Origin: an uncultured Eubacteriales bacterium
Lineage (GTDB): Bacteria; Bacillota; Clostridia; Oscillospirales; Acutalibacteraceae
Direction of reading: 5' to 3'
Assembly (NCBI GenBank): GCA_900540235.1
Contig: UQEY01000004.1
Location: forward strand, 24,007 to 88,006
Length of the DNA: 64,000 nucleotides
This document shows, one piece after another, positions 8,846 to 17,998 of the stretch (position 1 is its first letter; each line of letters starts with the position of its first letter). The notes beneath the pieces are model-generated. The model had not been told where the DNA came from. It searched no databases and worked only from the letters and a program-made list of their open reading frames with translations. Position numbers and translations under genes: made by a program.

Positions 8846-10339
8846 ATGAAGAAATTTATTAAATATTTTAGTGCTTTACTTGCTGTACTTATGATTTTTA
8901 CTTCAAGTACGGTGGCACTTGCATCAACTCAGTCGTCAATACTTCAAAGTGACGATGAATATCATACTTATACTCATAACACTAAGTTTGACACTTTTAA
9001 TAAAGTTATGGGCATAGATGTATCGGAACATAATAAAACTATCGATTTTAACGCAGTTAAAGCTAACGGTATCGATTTTGTTTATGTAAGAGTAGGTTAT
9101 ACCGGTTATACAAAAAAGAAGTTTTCGCTTAATTATGATAAATACTATGACACTTATATCAACGATGCTTTGGCCGCAGGTCTTCAGGTTGGTGTATATT
9201 GGTATTCTCAGGCTCTTAATGAGGATGAAGCAGCTCAGGAAGCTAATATGCTTTTAAGTGCAATTTCTAACCCTGACGGTTCGCCAAAGTACAATATTAC
9301 AATGCCTGTTGTTGACGATTATGAGTTTGCCGGTGTAGGTGACAACGGAAGACTTGACAGTGCTAAGCTTTCAAAAGACCAAATGACCGCTAATGTGCTT
9401 TCATTTGTTTCAACAATATCTCAAAGAGGATACACTCCTTGTCTTTATGCTAACAAAACATTCCTTGAAAAGAGTGTCAGCGCTTCGCAAATTGCACCGT
9501 ATGCTAAAATTTGGCTTGCTCATTATAATACTGTTACCGGTTATGCAGGTGATTATGAGTATTGGCAGTTTACCTCAAGCGGTAAGGTTTCAGGTATAAG
9601 CACTAAAGTTGATATGAATGTTTGGTATCAAGGTGCGACGCCTGCACCTGCTCCTGTACCTGTAGTTACTCCGCCACAGCCTGAACCTCAGCCTGATACA
9701 ACAGTTCCTGCTACTCAGCCTGATACTTCAACAACTCAACCTACAACTCAGCCGACGACTGTTACAACAACTGTTTCACCGGTTTCTGCAGCAAAAGTTA
9801 CAAATCTAAAGGTTAAATCAAAGACAAATACGACCATTACTTTTACATGGAAAAAACAAGACGGTGTTGATTATTATAATATTTATAAGTACGATTCAAA
9901 TTCCAATTCTTATATCCATATTGCTTCAACTGATGGAAATGTTAATAATATAAAAATTTCCAAACTTCCTGAAGGCACATATTTCAGATTTAAAGTTACT
10001 GCTGTTGCTAACGGTGAAGAAGGCTCAAAAAGTGAGCCTTGTAAGGTTGTAACTAACCCAAGAAAGGTTCAAACCAAACTTGCTAAAAGTAATAAGAAAA
10101 AGAAGATAACATTCAAATGGAAAAAGACAACCGGTACCGGCTATCAATACCAATGGTCAACAAGTAAGAACTTTAAAAAGAATTTTTTGACTAAAACAAC
10201 CAAGAAAACAAATGTAACCATTTCTACTTCTCAAAGTAAAAAGACTTATTATGTTCGTGTAAGAGCATATAAAACTCATTCAAACGGAACTAAGTATTAC
10301 GGCAAGTGGTCAAATGTAAAAAAAGTAAAAGTTAAATAA
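8846..10339 (+). CDS. Secreted GH25 muramidase with P/T linker and FN3-like domains
   Basis: Signal peptide, GIDVSEHN, DYE, WLAHY, WQFTSSG and VDMN; then a Pro/Thr linker, an FN3 repeat and a Lys-rich C-terminal FN3-like module. Confidence 0.88.
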   Translation: MKKFIKYFSALLAVLMIFTSSTVALASTQSSILQSDDEYHTYTHNTKFDTFNKVMGIDVSEHNKTIDFNAVKANGIDFVYVRVGYTGYTKKKFSLNYDKYYDTYINDALAAGLQVGVYWYSQALNEDEAAQEANMLLSAISNPDGSPKYNITMPVVDDYEFAGVGDNGRLDSAKLSKDQMTANVLSFVSTISQRGYTPCLYANKTFLEKSVSASQIAPYAKIWLAHYNTVTGYAGDYEYWQFTSSGKVSGISTKVDMNVWYQGATPAPAPVPVVTPPQPEPQPDTTVPATQPDTSTTQPTTQPTTVTTTVSPVSAAKVTNLKVKSKTNTTITFTWKKQDGVDYYNIYKYDSNSNSYIHIASTDGNVNNIKISKLPEGTYFRFKVTAVANGEEGSKSEPCKVVTNPRKVQTKLAKSNKKKKITFKWKKTTGTGYQYQWSTSKNFKKNFLTKTTKKTNVTISTSQSKKTYYVRVRAYKTHSNGTKYYGKWSNVKKVKVK

Positions 10340-10340
10340 G

Positions 10341-10381
10341 AAAAAAGCACATCAATAGCTTTTAGCCGTTGATGTGCTTTT
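10341..10381. terminator. Bidirectional intrinsic terminator
   Basis: AAAAAAGCACATCAA...TTGATGTGCTTTT between convergent genes. Confidence 0.8.
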
Positions 10382-10385
10382 ACTT

Positions 10386-11681
10386 TTATAATTCTTTTAA
10401 AAATCTTATTTGCTCTTTTTCGTTGGTGTATCCGAGTTTTCGGTAAAACTCGTGTGCATCTTTTCTTGAATATCCTGAATTAACTCTGATTTTTGTAATG
10501 CCTATTGACTTTGCCCAATCTTCAACCTCATTAATAAGCTTTGTGCCTATTTTATGATTTCTGTATTCTTTTGAAACAGCTAAGCCTAAAAAGTTAATGA
10601 GCGATTCAAAATATAGCGGTTTGTAAACCTCTGCGTGTAAATACCCGACAATTATACCGTCGTAATCAGCAACAAAAACTCGCTCGTTTTTGTCGTTAAG
10701 TTCTTCAAGCCTTTGCTTAACTAACTTCTCATCGCAGTTATAACCTAAGTCGTCACAACTTATTTTGCAAATATCTCTGTAATCTTTAACTTTTGCATTG
10801 CGAATTTTTAACCTGTTTTCGTCAAATTTAATTTCATTTTTTTCAATTAACGGAACATAAATCTCATAATATCTGTTTTTTCTTCTAAGTTCTCTATCAG
10901 TTTCAAGATGAAATACTTCAATAATATATTCTTTTTTTATATTATAATTTGAAGAAGGCAGCCAAGAGTTAAAAATCAAATCGTGAATTTTTGGGAGTTC
11001 AATTCCTGCATATCCGCCTTTGTCAGTAGTGAAAACTGCATATTTACCGCCTTTTATTTTAAGCGTTTTAAGGTTATCAAAATCGGTATCTTCTTTTTTT
11101 CTTGCAATGGAATATTTACCGTTGTCAAAAATGCCGTACCAAATTCCGTCATAGCCGTTGCAAATCTTTTCAGGACAATGTTTATTGTCAAGTGACCACA
11201 TAGTATTTTCCTGTTCAAATCTGTTACAGGCTTGGCAGTTGAAGTTTTCAGTTAACCCATATACTTCAAATTCTTCAATTTCTTCGATTTTAAAATTGAT
11301 TTTTTGAGCACCTTTTACATTGATTTCAAACCTTGCAGGCGGGAACAGATTAACCCGGCAGTTTTTGCTTTTTGCTTGTGTTGGTGAAACATTGTGCTGA
11401 GAAGTAAAAGCTTTGCAAAATGAATCGTAACTGTTAAAGCCATATTTAAAAGCAATATCCGTTATACTCTCATCGCTGTTTTGCAAGTCGTAAACTGCAA
11501 GTGAAAGACGCCTTTTTCTAATGTATTCTTTAGCTGTCATATTAAGCATAGATGTAAAGAAACGATTAAAGTTGCCGGCGCTTTGATTTGTTATTAGTGC
11601 AAGAGTATTGATGTCTATGTCGCTACAAATGTTTTCTTCAATATAGTTGCACGCCTCGTTAAGTTCATTTAGTATATTCAT
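10386..11681 (-). CDS. AraC HTH + GyrI-like effector domain + C-terminal GNAT acetyltransferase fusion
   Basis: YIRKRRLS...IAFKYGFNS (AraC); GGKYAVF, IFNSWLPSS and YEIYVP (GyrI-like); LAVSKEYRNHKIGTKL and AHEFYRKLGY (GNAT). ATG 11681 follows GAGGTG. Confidence 0.85.
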   Translation of the reverse strand: MNILNELNEACNYIEENICSDIDINTLALITNQSAGNFNRFFTSMLNMTAKEYIRKRRLSLAVYDLQNSDESITDIAFKYGFNSYDSFCKAFTSQHNVSPTQAKSKNCRVNLFPPARFEINVKGAQKINFKIEEIEEFEVYGLTENFNCQACNRFEQENTMWSLDNKHCPEKICNGYDGIWYGIFDNGKYSIARKKEDTDFDNLKTLKIKGGKYAVFTTDKGGYAGIELPKIHDLIFNSWLPSSNYNIKKEYIIEVFHLETDRELRRKNRYYEIYVPLIEKNEIKFDENRLKIRNAKVKDYRDICKISCDDLGYNCDEKLVKQRLEELNDKNERVFVADYDGIIVGYLHAEVYKPLYFESLINFLGLAVSKEYRNHKIGTKLINEVEDWAKSIGITKIRVNSGYSRKDAHEFYRKLGYTNEKEQIRFLKEL

Positions 11682-11761
11682 ATTTATCACCTCAATTAAG
11701 ATTATATCAAAGTGATTTTGCGAGTGCACTGAATATTGGACACTGATTTTTCAGTATGATA

Positions 11762-13159
11762 TTAATCATTATTGCCATATAATTTTTCGTGGAGCTTTTT
11801 AACTTCATCTTTTGTAAGCTTATAGCAGAACGCCATAAGAACGAACATAAGTGTTAAAATAATTGCAGGAACGATAGTTGAAGCGTCATATAGTTTAGAT
11901 AATACTTCCGGTGACTGTACTGCTTGCGTACCCTTATAGCCAATTAAGCCAAGCATACCCGAAGCGCCTGCACCTGCTACTGTATGACCGAGTTTTCTTA
12001 CAAATGAATATACGCTGTATGCAGTGCCTTCTTCTCTTCTGCCTGATAATAGTTCTTGATAATCTGTTACATCCATAACGAGCGCCCAAACTTCGAGCAC
12101 TAAGAATGTTTGACCTGCACCTGAGAAGAAAACAAGAATAAGAAAAGCATAAGGGTTTGTTGCAAGTGAAGTGAACCTGAAAAGAAACATAATAATATTA
12201 ATCACTGCTGCAAAACCTAAGCCTACAGCACAAATTTCTTTTTTGCCGTATTTTCTTATAAGTTTATTCATAAACGGCAAAAACAGCGCCATAGGAAGAT
12301 AGGTGCAAATGGTAACAATACTGTAAAGACCCGGCTTTTCAAAATAATTTTTGAAAAGATAGTTATATACAGTTTGGGTGTACATTTGAAATGTGATAAG
12401 AAGCATGGAAATAATGCAAATAATAATAAATGGCTTGTTTTTAAGCATTATTTTAATTGTTGCAAACAAGTTGTAATCGCTTGTTTTTTGAGTAGGAGGT
12501 AACTGTATTCTCTCTTTAGTAAGTTTGAAATGAGTAACAAAAATAATTACAGATAAAACAGCAAGCGCACCAACAGCTAACGAAAGCTTATTACCGTCAA
12601 GAATTTTTGCTTCCTGACCGTTAGCGCCTACAACTGTTGTGTAAACCATAAGCGGTAATAAAATTTGAGCCGGAAGACCGCCGATACCTGCACCGACCGA
12701 CCTCCACATTGAAAGGGAAGACCTTTCAACTTCATCGTCAGTAATAACGGAAGCGAGCGAGCCGTAAGGGATGTTAACGCCTGTGTACATCATTCCGTAG
12801 AAAATATATGTAATATAAGCATAAATCAAATATTGATTATCCGATAAGCCCGGAATTTTAAAGAACATCAAAAATGCGCCCACAGCAAGAGGGAAGGATG
12901 CCCAAAAAATATATGGTCGAAACCTGCCAAATTTGGTTGGCTTCCTCGAGTCGATAAATGCGCCCCATAGTGGGTCATTGATTGCGTCCCATATTCTTGC
13001 AACAATCATTAATACGGTTATTTTTGCCGCAGATATTCCAAGCACATCTGTATAAAACATATTAAGAAATGACGACACAAGACCGAAAGTCATTATTCCG
13101 CCCATATCGCCGAGAGCATAACCGAGTTTATCTTTTACTTTTATTCCATGCGTTTCCAT
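11762..13159 (-). CDS. GPH family (MelB-like) glycoside/pentoside:cation symporter
   Basis: YALGDMG, ARIWDAINDP, GRFRPY and NIPYGSL motifs. Confidence 0.9.
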   Translation of the reverse strand: METHGIKVKDKLGYALGDMGGIMTFGLVSSFLNMFYTDVLGISAAKITVLMIVARIWDAINDPLWGAFIDSRKPTKFGRFRPYIFWASFPLAVGAFLMFFKIPGLSDNQYLIYAYITYIFYGMMYTGVNIPYGSLASVITDDEVERSSLSMWRSVGAGIGGLPAQILLPLMVYTTVVGANGQEAKILDGNKLSLAVGALAVLSVIIFVTHFKLTKERIQLPPTQKTSDYNLFATIKIMLKNKPFIIICIISMLLITFQMYTQTVYNYLFKNYFEKPGLYSIVTICTYLPMALFLPFMNKLIRKYGKKEICAVGLGFAAVINIIMFLFRFTSLATNPYAFLILVFFSGAGQTFLVLEVWALVMDVTDYQELLSGRREEGTAYSVYSFVRKLGHTVAGAGASGMLGLIGYKGTQAVQSPEVLSKLYDASTIVPAIILTLMFVLMAFCYKLTKDEVKKLHEKLYGNND

Positions 13160-13190
13160 AAATCTTCTCCTTAATATCAATAATTAACAA

Positions 13191-13243
13191 TAATATCGAT
13201 ATAATAATAAAATTATTATATAAAATATACAAATATATGTCAA
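13191..13243 (-). promoter_or_regulatory. sigma-A promoter with a downstream LacI-type operator candidate
   Basis: Minus-strand TTGACA (13243-13238), 17 bp, TATAAT (13220-13215). CG-centred palindrome TAATATCGATATAA at 13191-13204. Confidence 0.65.
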
Positions 13244-13321
13244 TTATTAATTAAGGAATATTGTATAAACTATTGTTCGGTGGCTTTACTATTTTAAATA
13301 ACATTGAATGAAAAGATTTTC

Positions 13322-13344
13322 GTAGGGGCGAACTGTGTTCGCCT
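13322..13344 (+). repeat. Single GTAG-type REP-like palindrome
   Basis: GTAG followed by GGGCGAAC-tgt-GTTCGCCT; a GC-rich hairpin in an AT-rich spacer. Confidence 0.55.
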
Positions 13345-13393
13345 TTTATTCATAATCATTAACTGCCATTAATTTGATTTGCATAGTTTTTTT

Positions 13394-13945
13394 CTATAAA
13401 TTGAATTTCTTTTTAATTATTTGTGCTGTATCCTTTGCAGACAGATTAGAGTTATCTATTTTTATATAATTGTCAAAAGTTATTTCATTTTCATAGCTTA
13501 CCATACGGTGTGTGTTGTCATCGTGAATAAGCAATTTGTCAGAAAATTCAATATTTCTTTTTGACGGTTTATTATTCAACCTGTTTTCTGTTTTATTTCT
13601 TTCAAGTCTTATTTTTTGAGGTGCAACAAGTTCTACATAGTAAAAATCAGTGCCATATGGTTTAAATATATTTTTTATATTCTCTGTATTTTCCCAATCT
13701 TCTTTGCAATCAAATGCCCACATAAAAGTGAAAATCAAGCCGTATTTGTTTGATTTTGCAAATTCTTTAAACACGGACTCACGAAATTCTTTTATAACAG
13801 TTTCATTAAATTCACCAAATACTTCGAGAACCGGTTCAATACTCATATGATTATGAAATAATCGTAAATCTGTAATTTTTGTAAGTTCTTGACCAACAGT
13901 CATTTTTCCTACTGCTGCGTTTCCAAATAAAAATACTAATTTCAT
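13394..13945 (-). CDS. P-loop small-molecule kinase (AAA_33/shikimate-kinase-like)
   Basis: LFGNAAVGKMTVG Walker A, FHNH, and the lid motif IRLERN. Confidence 0.8.
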   Translation of the reverse strand: MKLVFLFGNAAVGKMTVGQELTKITDLRLFHNHMSIEPVLEVFGEFNETVIKEFRESVFKEFAKSNKYGLIFTFMWAFDCKEDWENTENIKNIFKPYGTDFYYVELVAPQKIRLERNKTENRLNNKPSKRNIEFSDKLLIHDDNTHRMVSYENEITFDNYIKIDNSNLSAKDTAQIIKKKFNL

Positions 13946-13962
13946 ATTCTTTTCTCCTAAAT

Positions 13963-14001
13963 AAAAAATACCCCGTTGATGATATGTTCACCAACGGGGT
14001 A
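13963..14001 (-). terminator. Intrinsic terminator in the 5' leader of the kinase gene (attenuator)
   Basis: Minus strand TACCCCGTTGGTGAACATATCATCAACGGGGTATTTTTT, directly before the AGGAG RBS. Confidence 0.75.
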
Positions 14002-14014
14002 ATAATGATAGTTG

Positions 14015-14113
14015 TTAACTATGATATTCCGAAAATGAACACAGCAAACTAAATCTATACGCTCTGCGCATAGACATATACATTCTGTTGAGTTCTAAAT
14101 TCTTTGTAAACAT
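14015..14113 (-). CDS. Putative 32-aa leader peptide MFTKNLELNRMYMSMRRAYRFSLLCSFSEYHS
   Basis: GAAAGGA RBS 7 nt upstream of the ATG; the stop lies 13 nt before the terminator stem. Below the ORF-track cutoff. Confidence 0.6.
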   Translation of the reverse strand: MFTKNLELNRMYMSMRRAYRFSLLCSFSEYHS

Positions 14114-14167
14114 AGCGTAATCCTTTCAGTAATTATTAATTTATCCTAACATAATAAGTTTTTTGTG

Positions 14168-15529
14168 TCAAGTATTGCTTTTTGATTTGGTTTTAAGTTT
14201 TTTAACTGTCGGTACTACTAAGAAAATTGTGAGAACAAATGACAAAATGTCGGCAACAGGTTGGGCGAGGGCAATGCCGGTGATATCAAACATTCTTGGC
14301 AAAATTAAAATTGCGGGAATATAGAATATACCTTGCCTTGCAAGCGCTAATATTGTTGCTTTGCCCGATATTCTAAGCGACTGCATAAGCATATTTGATG
14401 CTGTGCAAAAACCGGTTACAAGCATTGCGAAACTTTGGTATCTTAACGCTTTTGCTCCGATAGTAATTACATCTGTATCATCTCTGAAAACTGCGATAAG
14501 TTGCGGTGCAAAAATAAAACCGATAATTGAAAATACAGTGATTATTATTGTAGTAACGACTGCTAAAAATTTATAACCGTCATAAACTCTTTTGTAATTC
14601 TTAGCACCAAAATTAAAACTGCATACCGGTTGATATCCCTGACCGTAACCAATTACAACAGCCATACCGAGGAACATTACTCGGTTATAAACGCTCATAC
14701 CTGCAATAACAGCGTCACCGAAAGGAGCACAGGCAAAGTTCATAGCTATATTTGCAACAGTGCCTATTCCTTGCCTTGCAAGTGACGGTAAACCGTTTTT
14801 AAATATGGTTAAATATACTTTAGCCGTTGGTTTAAAACGCTTGATACTCAGTCTGATATTATCATTCTTAAATGTGCCGAAATAAAGTATAAAAAAGCTG
14901 ACTATTTGACCTATTACGGTTGCAAGCGCCGCACCTGCCACTTCAAGTTTAAATGTAAAAATAAAAAGCGGGTCAAGTGCAATGTTTATTATACTGCCTG
15001 TAAGTATGCCTATCATTGAATAAAGTGCACTGCCTTGATATCTGAGCTGATTGTTAAGCACAAATGAGCCGAGAATAAAAGGTGAGCCGAGCAAAATATA
15101 TTTTAAATAAGTTGATGCATATTCAATAGTGGTTTTGGTTGCACCAAGTAAAAGCGCAATGTTGTTTGAAAAAAATAAACCGATGACTGCTAAAATTATT
15201 CCGACAAATATGACAGTGAAAAAAGCAACATTGGCATAAATTTGCGCATCATCTTTCTTCTTTTCACCGAGAAGTGTACTTACCATAATTCCACTGCCGT
15301 TTCCGAGGAAAAAGCCGATAGCCTGAAGAAGCGTCATTATTGAAAATACTATTCCTACCGAAGCAACGCTTTGCGTATTGATTTTGCCTACAAAAAAGCT
15401 GTCAGCCATATTGTAAATTGCCGATACAAGCATTGAAAGAATCGTGGGTATTGCAAGCGAAGAAATTAAGCCTTTAACAGGTGCATTTGCAAGTTTGTCA
15501 TATTTATCTTTATATTTCTTTCTTTTCAT
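14168..15529 (-). CDS. MATE family efflux transporter
   Basis: AIYNMADSFFVG and NIALDPLFIF motifs. Confidence 0.92.
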   Translation of the reverse strand: MKRKKYKDKYDKLANAPVKGLISSLAIPTILSMLVSAIYNMADSFFVGKINTQSVASVGIVFSIMTLLQAIGFFLGNGSGIMVSTLLGEKKKDDAQIYANVAFFTVIFVGIILAVIGLFFSNNIALLLGATKTTIEYASTYLKYILLGSPFILGSFVLNNQLRYQGSALYSMIGILTGSIINIALDPLFIFTFKLEVAGAALATVIGQIVSFFILYFGTFKNDNIRLSIKRFKPTAKVYLTIFKNGLPSLARQGIGTVANIAMNFACAPFGDAVIAGMSVYNRVMFLGMAVVIGYGQGYQPVCSFNFGAKNYKRVYDGYKFLAVVTTIIITVFSIIGFIFAPQLIAVFRDDTDVITIGAKALRYQSFAMLVTGFCTASNMLMQSLRISGKATILALARQGIFYIPAILILPRMFDITGIALAQPVADILSFVLTIFLVVPTVKKLKTKSKSNT

Positions 15530-15533
15530 TTTT

Positions 15534-17467
15534 TCACTCTTTAACTCTTAAATAAACGCACATCTCGTTTTCACCTCTGTTAGCCCAAGTGTGGTAGGGG
15601 ATGAGATGAAGTTGGCATTTTTTATATTCTTTTTCTTTATATTCAAAATAAAGCGATGTATCTTCTTTTTCTCTAAAGCCGTCTGCCGTGATTGTTAAAT
15701 CTTTGTTTACGATAAAATTAGTTTTTGCGCTGATTGATAACATTTGCAAATTTATACCGTTGTCAATTTCTTCCAAGCAGTATACTACCGGTCCACGCAT
15801 TACGGCAACTTTGCCTATATTATCTCTTACTTCGTTCGAGCAAGCTATTAATTTAGGCTTAATGTCAAAATCAATATTTAAACTTGTATCATTAATTATT
15901 TCAATGTAAGCATAACCGTCAATGACATTATAACTTTTGTCAATAATGTAATTATTGCACCAACCCGGTATCCTTACGGCTAAAGTAAAAGACTTTTTAG
16001 CTTTTATGTCTAAACTTACTTTGCCGCTGTTAATATAGTCTGATTTAATGGTGATATCGGCTTTGTCTGTAGTTATCTTTCCGCTTATAAATAAATGAAC
16101 AAATATATTTTCTTTATTTTCACTGTAGCAGTACTCGTTAAGCGAAGAAATAAGCCTTGCTAAATTCGGCGGGCAACAAGCACAGCCAAACCATTTTTGC
16201 CTTGTCGGTTTAATATGCTTTTTTCTTTCGTCTTTATTTGAAGCTTTTGGCAATACCTCGAGTGGGTTAACATAAAAGAATGATTTTCCGTCCTCACTCA
16301 TACCACTCAAAACAGTGTTATATAACGCTCGTTCCATAACATCTGCATAATTGCTTTTAGGCTTAATTTGAAGCATTCTTTTGGCAAAAAACATCAGTCC
16401 GATAGACGCACAGGTTTCGTTATATGCTAAGTCATTTGGCAAATCATAATTGTAACTGAAAGCTTCTCCGATTGATGTTGAACCTATGCCACCGGTAATA
16501 TACATTTTCTTTTGCTCAATATTATTCCAAATGTTTTCGCAGGCAGTGTATAACTTCTCGTTGCCTTTTTCTTTTGCAACATCTGCCATACCTGAATATA
16601 AATATACCCCTCTTACTGCGTGACCGACTGCTTCTTTTTGCTCAAAAACAGGTAAATGTGCTTGGTTATATTCATAATCTAAACTGTTATCGGTTCTATT
16701 GTAATTTCTCTCAATGTCAAAATAATACGGTTTTGTACCTCGCTGCTTTATAAAAAATTCAGCACAGTCAAGATATTTTTTATTATTTGCAGTTTTATAT
16801 AATTTAACCATTGCAAGTTCCGCAATTTCGTGACCGGGATATCCTTTTTTGCCGCTTTGGTTAAATGTATTGCAAATTAAATCTGCAAATTTAACGGCAG
16901 CGTTTAACAGTTTATCCTTGCCGGTGGTGTTAAAGTATGCCACTGCTGCTTCAGTAAGATGACCGAAGCAGTAAAGCTCGTGCCTGTCTTTTAAATTAGT
17001 GAAAATTTTTGACGGGTCGTTAATAATATAAAGGGTGTCGAGATAGCCACTGTCAAGTTGAGCCGAGCATATTAAATCAATGATTTCGTCACATTTGCTT
17101 TCAAGTTTTTCATCCGGCGTGTTTGAAAGGAATAAGCAACAGCTTCTATCCACTTGTAAACATCACTGTCTTGAAAACACCAGCCTAAAAACGAATTTTT
17201 GTCGCATTCATTTTCTTTATATTCCCATTTATCAACAGGATATATATTTACTTTTTCATTTGATTTGATTTTTTTTACAACTTCACTTGCTTTTTTAAAA
17301 TTTTCAAGGCAGTAGCTCTTAGGCGCACCGTCAATTTTGTCATTGAGCGCTTTAAGTTGATACGGTATCATTTCATTTCTTACAAGCTCAATATATTTAT
17401 TCCAAAATTCATCGTCAATCTTGCTTCTTTTATTATTAATAAAATTGTTGAATTGTTTTTTATCCAT
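15534..17467 (-). pseudogene. GH127 beta-L-arabinofuranosidase (HypBA1-like), split by a 1-bp frameshift
   Basis: The upstream ORF carries FQDSDVYKWIEAVAYS; the downstream ORF carries HELYCFGH, GHAVR, YNETCA and CACCPPN. One extra C near 17129-17130 restores YSLSNTPDEKLE. Confidence 0.85.
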
Positions 17468-17544
17468 AGTTTTCTCCAAAAAAATAATGCACTCAAAGTT
17501 TTGCCTTTAAGTGCATTTTATCATATTATTAGATTTTTTCAATA

Positions 17545-17871
17545 TTATGCGGCATAATCATTTGAATTTGCGGCAATTTTAACCATATCAATACCGCTAA
17601 AGCTTCTAAATGATTTTTCTACTCTTTCTAAATGTCTTTTCTCAAATTCCTGCTGTTGCTTTTTCTTCTTTTTGTTTTTATCTTCAATAAGAAAAAATAC
17701 AGTGCCGACTGCTAACAAAATTGCAACATCAAGCGCAAAAAATATCTTCATTTCATTTGATGTGAGTGTTTTGAAAAGATTGAATGTTAAAGCAGTAATG
17801 CCGAAGCCTGCAAAAAGAGTAACTGTAGTGATAAATAAACCTTTGAGTAATTTTTTAATTGAATTTTTCAT
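17545..17871 (-). CDS. Hypothetical 2-TM membrane protein with C-terminal AANSNDYAA
   Basis: Strong AAGGAGG RBS, two hydrophobic helices, then a Lys run. Confidence 0.8.
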   Translation of the reverse strand: MKNSIKKLLKGLFITTVTLFAGFGITALTFNLFKTLTSNEMKIFFALDVAILLAVGTVFFLIEDKNKKKKKQQQEFEKRHLERVEKSFRSFSGIDMVKIAANSNDYAA

Positions 17872-17904
17872 TATGAAAAACCTCCTTCGTTTGATTACAA
17901 ACTC

Positions 17905-17982
17905 ATTTTAACAAAAACAAATTTATATTCAATAGGAGATAAAAGCAGAGTACCTATAATGGTACTAATGAAACAAGTGTTC
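17905..17982 (-). promoter_or_regulatory. sigma-A-like promoter with an upstream LexA (SOS)-box-like site
   Basis: Minus-strand TTGAAT, 16 bp ending in TGn, TAAAAT (17932-17905); GAAC-actt-GTTT at 17982-17971. Confidence 0.45.
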
Positions 17983-17998
17983 TAAAATTGTTTGACAA

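Noticed and set aside
9640..9780. Repetitive CCT/ACA-rich DNA
   Set aside because: It encodes the Pro/Thr/Gln linker of the GH25 protein and is not a separate repeat element.
17115..17140. Programmed -1 frameshift or phase variation in GH127
   Set aside because: No X-XXY-YYZ slippery heptamer or long homopolymer at the junction.
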